A stretch of DNA of 45,554 nucleotides from Octopus bimaculoides. Taxonomy: Eukaryota. A model generated the notes under the pieces. That model saw only the letters and a list, made by a program, of their open reading frames with translations. It was not told where the DNA came from and searched no databases. Positions 35,333-45,092 of the stretch are shown piece after piece. A program made the translations under genes and the position numbers. The DNA is taken from positions 47,577,019-47,622,572 of the forward strand of contig NC_068990.1 of the NCBI RefSeq assembly GCF_001194135.2, given 5' to 3'. Each line of letters starts with the position of its first letter. Within the stretch, counting starts at the first letter, position 1.

Positions 35333-35786
35333 TGTGTGTGTGTGTGTGTGTATACATTCTTAATTTCATAACAAACCAATGAAATATAGTAATACTGTCA
35401 ATCTGAGCTTAACTATTTATTCTTTGTTGGCTATTTGCAACAGCAGTGAATGTTCATTCACTGTTTTCCTATATATTGTTGGTGATACATATTGTCTTAG
35501 CATGTGGGTGGCTGTGAGTACATGCTACTGACAATACCCAATGAAGCAGGAATGCACATCTTGGCATTTTCACCAGCCATTACTGGAACAGTTTTCTTCT
35601 ACCTTCAATATGTATTTTATTTTTAAACAGAACAAGAGATATTATCTGCAAACAAATACTACAGTAAATTTACTTTATATGATATGTTTACATTAAGTAT
35701 GATACATAAATGGCTATTTTAATCTAATACAGCTTCTGTTGCATGTAATGGATTATAAACTAGCTTTTTTTCAATTTTTATTTCAG

Positions 35787-35921
35787 ATTAGTACCAAAGA
35801 TTATCAATGGTGCCATTGCTGGTATTGTTGGGGTCACATGTGTTTTCCCCATTGATCTGGTCAAAACTCGATTGCAGAACCAACAGCCTGGTCCAAACGG
35901 TCAACTTTATTATAAGAGTTT
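35787..35921 (+). CDS. SLC25A22: Coding exon of mitochondrial glutamate carrier (SLC25A22/SLC25A18-like, SLC25 family)
   Basis: Polypyrimidine tract + tttcAG acceptor (35785-35786), GTAAGT donor at 35922. 135 nt, phase 2 at both ends, translates (x)[44 protein letters not shown](L): carrier signature PxDxxKxR and close resemblance to the GC1 N-terminus ([30 protein letters not shown]). Missed by the ORF track because it is a short exon. Confidence 0.93.
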
Positions 35922-36470
35922 GTAAGTTTAACTTTATTTTATAATGGTATATTTTACTTTGGTGATGTGTGTTGGCTATAAAAGATTGATAATAACTATA
36001 GAAACAAAACAGTAGTTCGCATTATTCTTGTTCCTTTTTTTATAACTCCATACACATATTAGATACTTTATAGGACTACTAAATCTACCCAGTACTTCAC
36101 TGGTATTATAGTTTATACACCCCACAAGGAATGAAAGACATGAAAGCAAAATTTTTCTCAGACAGATTTGAACTCAGAATATAAATACCTATAACTACAT
36201 ATCTTAACTTAGTGATGCATTATTTGGCGTCTGGGACCATCTATGTTAGAAAGAATTGCATGGGAACAGAAACAGAAGGGAGCATGTGAGTGAAGTGTTT
36301 TTATAGATATGCTACAACCAGAAGTAAGGTTTAATTTGCAGAGATGGTACAAGGGGATTTCAGAACAATGAGAGAAGGAGAAGTTTATCTTAGAAAAATT
36401 CCATAAAGAATTTAGGAGAAACGAAGGCTGAGAGAGAGAGAGATTAGGAAGGATGATTAATAAGGGCTGT

Positions 36471-38004
36471 ATAGGCCCTGTACAGAGATGTTGTTAGTAA
36501 GGTTAGGGTTGGCAATGAGTATGGTGAAGAATTCTGGGTAGAAGTAAGGGTCCACCAAGGATCAGCCCTCAGCCCCCTCTTATTCATCATAGTCCTCCAG
36601 GCAATAACAGAGGAATGCAAGACAGGTTACCCCTGGGAGTTGCTCTATGCTGATGACCTGGCTCTCATAGCAGAATCACTACCAGAACTAGAGAGGAAAT
36701 TTCAGGTATGGAAGCAAGGTTTAGAATCTTAGGGCCTTAGAGTCAATGTCGCAAAAACCAAAGTCCTAGTAAGTAGGAAGGTGAACACATCACAAACCCC
36801 TTCAGATAGATGGCCCTGCTTGATCTGTAGAAAAAGTGTAGGTAGAAACTCCATAAGATGTACCAGTGTAAGCTATGGATGCATAAGAAGTGCAGCAACA
36901 TCAAAGGAAGGTTAACTGGGAAGATAGCTTTCATGTGCAGCAGATGCACAGGGGCAATAAGCACTACAGATGCTCAGAAAACAGATTCCATCACATGCCA
37001 GGGGGAGGAACTAGAAGTGGTTGATAGTTTCCACTACCTAGGTGACCAAGTCTGTAGTGGGGGTGGATGCTCAGAGAGTGTTACCACTAGAATAAGAATA
37101 GCCTGGGAAAAGTTCAGAAATCTCCTACCTCTACTGGTGAACAAAGGGCCTGGATGTGTGATGTCAGTGTGCAGACATGACAGAGTGTAAGAACCCTGAG
37201 AGAAAAGTTGGGCATAAGAAGCATCAAATGTGGTGTGCAAGGGTGACAACTGCACTGGTATGGTCATGTGTTACATATGGATGAGGATAGCTGTGTGAGG
37301 AAGTGTCACTCCCTAACTGTGGAAGGAACCTGTGGAAGAGGTAGACCTAGGAAGACATGGGATGAGGTGAGGTGGTGAAGCATGACCTTTGAGCATTGGG
37401 CCTCACAGAGGCAATGACATAAGACCGAGACCTTTGGAGATATGCTTTGATTGAGAAGACCCAACAACTAAAGTGAGATCGCAGCCATGGCCAATGCCGA
37501 TGTTGCATGTCCGGCCAATTTAAGAGTACCCTGATGCGTTGGGTGATGTAATATGCTTGAGAAGACCTGTTGAGTCAAGTAAAACTAAAACTAAAATTGT
37601 AGCTGTGGTCAGTGCTCCCTGACTGGCTCCCATTCCGGTGGCATGTAAAAATCACTATCTGAACGTGATCAATGCCAGTACTCCCTGACTGGCTCTCATG
37701 CCAGTGGCACATGAAAAGCACCATCCAAACGTGATTGATGCCAGGCCTGCCTGACTGGCTCCTGTGCTGGTGGCACGTAAAAAGCACCCACTGTAAGGAG
37801 AAAATGAGCTTACACCTCACCAACTCTACCTTAGACACTCTTGAAGTGGTTGGCATTAAGAAGAGTATCCAGATGTAGAAACATTGCCAGATCAGATTGG
37901 AGCCTGGTGCAGCTGCTGGCTTTCCAGACCGCAGTCAAACCGTCCAATCCATGCCAGCATGGAAAACGGACGTTAAACGATGTTGTTGTTGTTGATGATG
38001 ATGA
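36471..38004 (+). pseudogene. 5'-truncated RTE LINE (RT domains 4-7, PHD-type module, 3'UTR, (GAT)n tail)
   Basis: HQGSALSPLLFIIVLQ, LLYADDL (36640-36660), WPCLICRKSVGRNSIRCTQCKLWMHKKC...CSRC, LEVVDSFHYLGDQ; 3'UTR with tandem repeats to the GAT tail. Confidence 0.9.
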
Positions 38005-38218
38005 TACAATTCCACTTGCAAAACATTGATTGACTTTGGGCTATAGTAGAAGACACCTGCCCAGCTATAGGCACATAAGTGTGGTGGTCCTAGGATATAC
38101 ACATACAGATACTGTACACAGTTTATGAATTAAAATGAAATGGAATGAAAAACAAAAATTAAATACACATATATGGACATATATTTATGAACATATACAC
38201 ACACATGTGTGTGTGTAT

Positions 38219-38990
38219 CTCTAACTCTTCCATTGAATTTCTCGACATTTTGGTCAGCATACTCACTCCACTCTCACCACCTCCGTCCACTATAAATACA
38301 CAGACTCACACTCCTATCTTATCTTCTCCTCCTCCCACCCTACCCACACCAAGCTCTCCATCTCCTACTCCCAGTTCCTCCATCTATGCCAGCTCTGCTG
38401 TGATGACCGTGACTTTGAGACCCAGTCTCAACACATGGCTCACCACTTCACCCTATGTGGATATCCCCTCTCCGTTATCTACACTGCCCTTGCCTGGGCA
38501 CAATCTGTTGACTGTGCCTCTGCTCTTTCTCATCACATTTGTCCCACCCTTACCCATCTCCCTTTACCCCCTCACCTACCACTCCTCCACCCTACCCCTC
38601 CAACACACCATTCTCTGAGCCTTCCAGCAACTCCAGTCCAACCCCTCCACCTTGCACATCTTCCCTAACCTACCCTTCCCTCCTTCAAATGAGCCCATAA
38701 CCTGCATAACCTCCTGATCCACTGTTTCTTCCCTACCTCTCCAACATCACTATCCTCATTGGCACCCATCACCATCCCTATCACATCACCAACTCCTTTA
38801 CCTGCACCTCCAGTAATGTTTTTTACTGCATCTCCTGCTCTCTCTGTCCTTCCCTGTACATTGGTCAAACAGAACACCATTTGGCTGACTGGTTTGCTGA
38901 ACACCTCCGAGATATCTGACTCAGCAGTGGACTGTCTTTGCACAGGGGCCACCCCGACTCTTGCCTTCACTGTGAACAGGAATTAATCTT
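38219..38990 (+). pseudogene. Penelope-like element relic (RT C-terminus + GIY-YIG endonuclease)
   Basis: Frameshifted reading IEFLDI..TSVHYKYTDSHSYL..SSSHPTHTK..YSQFLHL..LCCDD..GYP, then YHITNSFTCTSSNVFYCISCSLCPSLYIGQTEHHLADWFAEH (38779-38907), the PLE GIY-YIG layout. Confidence 0.85.
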
Positions 38991-38999
38991 CCTCCTTTG

Positions 39000-39940
39000 T
39001 GCCTTATAGCCTCAACTTGCTACCTCTCTTCATTTGACCCCAACCCCACACAGGTTCCCACACACCTCCCACATTCAACTGCCCCCTCCCTCCACCTATA
39101 CACCTGCACACCACCTATCTCAGTACCCTCACCACGCACACACCACTATACAAACACCCATACACACTGTTCAACTCATTACTCACTTCACACACCCACA
39201 AACACCTTCCCACTCCACACACTAGCACCCAACACCTCTCAGCACCCACACACACTCTTTAATAGCATCACCACACATACCACTATACGAGCACCCCTAC
39301 ACACTGTTCAATTCAGTACACACCACACTCACATGCACATGCATCCCCACTCCATACACACTAGCACCCATTATCTGCCAACCCTGACCTCCCCTCACAC
39401 CACATCCTTTCACCCCTATTCTACCTCCCCTCCCCTATCCCACCTACTAACCCCTCTATAGATTTCCCCATAACATAGCATTCACTCCAATAAGTACATA
39501 ATGCTTGAACACAGACAATATATACACACACACACAACATTCATTAACACACACAACACGCATTAACACACGCAACATGCATAGACAGATAACATTCACC
39601 CACAAACATACATGATACACATACACACAAATACACAAAATGCACATCACTCCACACAACACATACACTATGTTACTTGTACACATACACACACACCCAG
39701 GCTAATGCGTTTGCACATACATGATAACCGCACACATATCTTCACATGTCCATATGCACACACACATACATACAAGTATACAAAACCTATATCACTCGAC
39801 ATAACATAAGCATTGGGTCACTTACACACAGGCAGGTCCACATAATTTTCAGCTTGCCCACACCTACATACTCATGCACTCACCCCTATTCATACATACA
39901 CACTCACACACACCATTCTCACATATACACACATGCTTGA
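39000..39940 (+). repeat. CA-rich low-complexity tract following the PLE relic
   Basis: Degenerate CAC/ACAC/CATA repeats over about 0.9 kb; source of His/Thr-rich spurious ORFs. Confidence 0.7.
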
Positions 39941-40202
39941 GCAAATTTGTTTGGTCAGGTCACCATTATTATCCCCCTTTCATCTTGCCTCTTTCTTCCT
40001 GCCATTTCATCATGTTGAACCATTAATCCCTATACATTTTTTATCACTCTCCATTTTTTCATTCTCTCTCCTTTTTTTCCTCTTAATCTTTTCTGTCAAA
40101 GAGCATAAGCTCAAAATGTAAAATACTTTTCCATTCTTCCTGAGTGTTAAACTAATACACCTGCTTGTTGTTCCTACAACTGTTTTGTCTTTTGTTTTCT
40201 GT

Positions 40203-40252
<50 letters not shown>

Positions 40253-41039
40253 CATATACATTTAAGGATAAACATATTACATAATGTTGTGAGGATAAGA
40301 AGACCACTTTGCAGTCACATGCTTTGAGGTTCATTCCCATTGCTTGGCTCTTCGGTCTGGTATCTTTTTCTATCACTTTGAGCTAAGGATTGCCTTGAGT
40401 AGAACTGCTAGATGAGAACTGTAAGAAGCCCATCATGTGTGTGTGCGTATGTTTGTTTGGATGTATGTGTTTGTGCTTTGCCATTGTTTGCACACTACAC
40501 GCAAAACAGTACTGCAGTCTATGCAATGATGTCTTTGTATACCATTGGCCATCAGAACATGCCCAGCCACTGAGATTTTTAAGGCCCTAGAGCAAATAGT
40601 GGCTTACTTGAGAACAAGTGAGGGTTAGCAACAAGAAGAATAACCAACAGAAGAAAAACAGCCTCAATAAGTTTCATTTGACCCATGCCAGCATGAAAAG
40701 GTGAAGATTAAGATGGTGGTAGTGGCAATGAGATGGCAGTCGTAGTGATGGTGCAGACTTGTTACTGTAATTTTATTCTTTTTTGCCATTAATTCAAGAT
40801 AAACTTGGAATAATAGTGGTGGTATGACTTTTCTGTTGAAGTTATACATTATCAGAACATTGATAAGTCACAAAATAACAGACTGTTTCTAATATATTTT
40901 TATAAAGTACTTTAAAAATATGTCCCCTTTATTGCCCCAGCTTTTTATTTACATGACACCTAAGCAAATCAACAAACTGACTGCAATCTCAAAAGTAGAT
41001 TAATCATGACCTTTGAAGTAAGCGTGTGAGTGAGTGTGT

Positions 41040-41215
41040 ATATGTATATATGTAGGCATACTGTGGCGAAATTGTTAAGAAGTTTGCTTTGCAATCATAT
41101 AGTCCTGGGTTCAATCCCACTGTGTAACATCTTAGATAAATGTCTTTTACCATTAGTTTGTGTCCAACCAAGCTTGTGAGTGAAATTTGATAGAAAGAAA
41201 CTGTATAATCCTGTC
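41040..41215 (+). mobile_element. tRNA-SINE family A head (degenerate)
   Basis: GTTAAGAAGTTTGCTTTGCAATCA...GGGTTCAATCCCACTG. Confidence 0.7.
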
Positions 41216-41338
41216 CAATGGATTGCATTTATAACTCAAAAGTCCTAGAGGAAATTGCTCATCAAAACCCATTTACATATATATATGAGTGAGTGGACAA
41301 ATGAAAGAAGGACACTCAACAAATTTTAATGGGAGTTA

Positions 41339-41508
41339 CATGTATGGATCAAAACAGTTTTGTTTAAATTTGTTGGTACACTGAGTTTCAGGCACAATGC
41401 TAGTCTTCAGCCATATTGAATTTGAAGTTCAATATGGCTGAAGACTAGCATCGCGCTTGAAACTCGGAGTACCAATGAATTTGAATCAAACTGTTTTAAT
41501 CCATATAT
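41339..41508. repeat. 170-bp palindrome made of two head-to-head hammerhead-like units
   Basis: Inner 24-bp arms perfect (41397-41420, 41428-41451; 7-nt loop), outer arms diverged. Each arm reads TGG-CTGAAGA-C-TAGC n5 GC(T/C)T-GAAAC-n5-GT-A-CCA. Confidence 0.8.
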
Positions 41509-41514
41509 ATATAT

Positions 41515-41868
41515 ATCTTTGACTTGTTTCAATTATTGGACTGCATCCATACTGGAGCACTGTCTTTAAGGGTTTTAGTCAAGTAAATTGACCCCAGTAC
41601 TTATTTGGTACTTATTCTATTGGTCTCTTTTGCCGAACTAAGACATGGGGCATAAACAAACCCACACTGGTTGTCAAACAATGATGTCAACAAACATGTA
41701 CACACATACATGATGGATTTCTACACAGTTTCTGTCTATCAAATTCAAGACTTTGGTCATCCCAGGACTATAGAAGAAGACACTTTCCCAAAATGTCAAA
41801 CAGTAGGATTGAACCCAAAATTATGTGGTTGCAAAGTGAACTTCTTAACCACACAGCCATACCTGTGC
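41515..41868 (-). mobile_element. tRNA-SINE family A, degenerate full-length
   Basis: Tail CTTTGACTTGTTTCAATTATTGGACTG..., head ...CCACACAGCCATACCTGTG. Confidence 0.75.
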
Positions 41869-42424
41869 TTTTGTGAAGAACACAACACTCTGAAAATGTG
41901 TTCCTTTTAATTTGTTCCAGCTTTCCACATTGCTGAAGTCTAACGAGGTCAACAAACTATTATTATGTCAACTGTTGTTTATAATCATGAGCTTAAAAGT
42001 GTGTGTGTGTGTGTGCATAAATTTCAAGTTAATTCATTTCATATGTCAGTTTAATAAGTTATTTAACTAAATTCTCCATTATTTTCAAAATCAATTTAAA
42101 TGATGGCTTTGTACTTCATGAGAAATATGACCATGAAAGGCACAACCATCTGGGCCCTGCATGTTTTTAGAAAGATCCACTCAGTTGCAAGTATACACAT
42201 CATGTCTCTGGCCTAAGGATAATTTCCTCCCACCAGCCTCAGTGAACACAGAGAATGTCACATGTACTGCCATTCCTCCTCTCTACTTGTAATATTTTGA
42301 TTGATTTATCAATCAGTTTAACCAATTACATTGTATCTTACTTCCAGTAGACTCAACTGACATAAATACATTTATTAACTTTGGCTTTGAAGAAATCCTA
42401 ATTTGTTTACTTCTCTCTTATCAG

Positions 42425-42480
42425 ATTTGACTGTGGCGTGAAAACATTTCGTAATGAAGGCTTCTTTGGAATGTATCGAG
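42425..42480 (+). CDS. SLC25A22: Next coding exon of the same glutamate carrier
   Basis: ctctcttatcAG acceptor, GTAAGC donor at 42481. 56 nt; phase matches the previous exon (TT|A = Leu) and gives FDCGVKTFRNEGFFGMYR(G), the EG...YRG end of carrier repeat 1. Intron 35922-42424 (6503 bp). No further exon recognised before the window ends. Confidence 0.92.
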
Positions 42481-42949
42481 GTAAGCTAGTTTGCAACAAG
42501 TAGGAAAAATTTTTTAATTATTCTTTGTATTTTGAATATTCTCTTGAATTGTTACAGATAACCTTCATTAAGTGGCCTTTATCAAGACTTCTCTTCATTA
42601 AGAATACTTCAACTAAATTTCTATAAACCTCTTTTAAATAAACTGTGTCCAGAATTTCCTATATAATATTCATATGGTTCTTCTTATATTGCTCTTTTTC
42701 CAAAATTGATTCTTCTAACTGTTCTCCTCTAATAATGCCTTCGCTAGTAGGTTTAAATTGACTTGAGTGTTCTCTGACTTTAGACAATCCTACTATTTTG
42801 CTTTATTTTTTAGTCTTGAATGGAATGATGATATTTATGGCTTTAGCAGGTTCTTCCAAACTAGTAAGGTTGATGCAATTGATGTTCAGCTTGATCCTCT
42901 GTGAGTTGATGGCAGTAAAGAAAAAATAAGGCCAAGGAGAAAGCTCCAG

Positions 42950-43170
42950 TTAAGGGGAAGAATGGTAATAAAATATTTAGTATTTGTTGGTAAGGGTGTT
43001 TATTAACTAAGACACAAGGACAAGAGGACAGGTGAAAGCCAATTGCATCAACTTGGCTTGGATAAAGGTGGTATATGTATAGCTTGCTAGTTCAGAGGAA
43101 CAAGAACCATGGATGATGTGATCTGTCAATAGGTCAGTATTTGCAGTGTGTTGGTGAATGGTAGTTTTCT
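42950..43170 (-). mobile_element. LINE ORF2 C-terminal remnant (CR1/Jockey-like)
   Basis: Minus-strand HGSCSSELASY resembles the HGxCSxEL motif near LINE ORF2 ends; very decayed. Confidence 0.35.
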
Positions 43171-43207
43171 GATTACATCAATTTATTTATTTGTGAACTA
43201 AAATGTT

Positions 43208-43715
43208 TGTAATGTTATTACCAGTTCAGATATGTGTGTGGTACATTTGGACTTGTAAGTAAGCCATCCACTGTGTTTTGTCATGGAGAAAATTTCTTGC
43301 TGTAGACAGAATGGTGTTAATATACCAATATCAGTTCACAGATGTAAGCATTTCAGAGTAATTATCTCCTCTTTGGTCACAGATACTAGGCAAAGTAGTA
43401 CTGCGAACTGATAAAAGAGATTGTTTCTCTTATAATATTTCAGTCACTGTATTATGACTGAAATATAATAAGAGAAACAATCTCTTTTATCAGTTCAAAA
43501 TGCCACTCTGCTTAGTGTCTGTAACAGAAGAGGAAATAACTATTTTGAAATTCTTGCATCTCACAGTCTAGATAGGTGGCGCTCTGAACTGATATTGGTG
43601 TATTAACACCATTCCGTCTACAGTGAGAAATTTTCTCTGTAACAAAACACAGTGAATGACTTACTTACAAGTCGAAACATGCCACATGCATATTTGAACT
43701 GGTAATAACATTACA
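43208..43715. mobile_element. 508-bp foldback (almost fully palindromic) element
   Basis: TGTAATGTTATTACCAGTTC...GAACTGGTAATAACATTACA ends; arms align throughout; central 42-bp stem with one mismatch and 8-nt loop (43405-43496). Confidence 0.85.
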
Positions 43716-43964
43716 TTTCTATACTTCACTGCTTAGTGCTCCCCCTCCATAGAATGTTTGTGCTCATCCACTGCCCAAACACTGCATTAATTATTTATTA
43801 CTTCAAAGAAATTTAAAAAGCAATATTGATTCTTATAAAATTTCTGCAATGATATACTTTCATGATTGGTAGTTTAAGGCTTAAGAGAGATAGATCGAAA
43901 GAGAGAGAAAGAGGTGCATACCTATTCAAATAGTTAATGTTAACTCACAAACTGAATATATTAG

Positions 43965-44645
43965 ATACTAGCTTAAAAGACACCCTAGCATATAGCTTTT
44001 AAGCAACTGACTCTGAATGGGAAGATCTGCAAACAGATCTCTGACTAGGAATCCCAAATTACAGGATTGCAGGTCCGGATTTGGCCCGAAATGTTTTTAA
44101 TTTACTCAGAGTTAGACTTTAGATTATAAAAATTATTATCATACAAAAAAAATTGTCACAAAAAAGTCACATAAAAAAATTGCTGGAAACAATCACAGTA
44201 ATGAAAACTTGGGAATCCAGAATTTCAGGATTGTCTGTCCAGGTTCCACCCAGGATGTTTTTAATTTACTTACGGAGTCAGCCTGATTCCAAAATGGTAT
44301 GATATGTTGGGCTATGGCCTCTAGGAGTAAAGTTGAAAAAGTGTGGCACACTGACGTTCACATTTATTATATTATATTAAGGCAGTGAGCTGGCAGAATC
44401 GTTAGCCAGGCAAAATACTTAGTGGTATTTTGTCTGCCGTTAGGTTTTGAGTTTGAATTTTGCCAAGATCAACTTAGCCTTTCATCCTTTCAGGGTCAAT
44501 AAAATTAGTACTTGTTACATATTGGGGGATCAATGTATTTGACTTAATCTCTTCCCCTAAAATTTGAGGCCTTGTGCTTCTAGTAGAAAAGATTTATTAA
44601 AGTTGAAAAGGTGTGACACTGACTTCCACATTTATTATATTAGAT
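43965..44645 (+). mobile_element. Helentron-associated-like element interrupted by a SINE
   Basis: 5' ATACTAGCTTAAAAG...CTTTTAAGC inverted motif, internal duplicate blocks (about 44057-44115 and 44210-44270), 3' CATTTATTATATTAGAT. Confidence 0.45.
44378..44597 (+). mobile_element. tRNA-SINE family B
   Basis: AAGGCAGTGAGCTGGCAGAATCGTTAG head, GCCTTTCATCCTTTCAGGGTCAATAAAATTAGTAC core; homologous to 3945-4160. Confidence 0.75.
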
Positions 44646-45092
44646 ATATTTAATTTTGGAGAAACTTTATTTCAATTAAAGTGTATTTTGTGTGTGTGTA
44701 CGTATATATATATATATATATATGTATTAAAGAAAGCAAAAAATAAAACAAAAATGAGTGTTCAGTATGTTGGTGACAGGAATTTCTGTCAAAGAGACAT
44801 GGTTAAACAAAATTGTACATCATCTCCCTCTTTCTCTTACGTACCCACTCTTTCTCTCTCTTTTATTATTACTCACACTGCCACCATCAACACTACTACT
44901 TTTAATTGTTGAAAAAATCGATAATAGGTCCCCTGGAAGGGATCCTTATATATATCTAATATATTTTATTTTGAAGACCAAGGAAAATAACCCGTTTGCC
45001 CCTGGAAGGGATCCTTATATATAGTCAAGGGAAATAACTCATTCATTTTTCTAAATTATTTGGTAAAAATGAAATTGAGTATGCTTATTCCT

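Noticed and set aside
38187-38618. Pro/Ser/Thr-rich ORF as a host gene
   Set aside because: Off-frame reading of the PLE relic after a frameshift.
43645-43690. GACTT-n6-AAGTC-GAAAC-ATG in the foldback arm
   Set aside because: Upstream CUGANGA absent in both arms.
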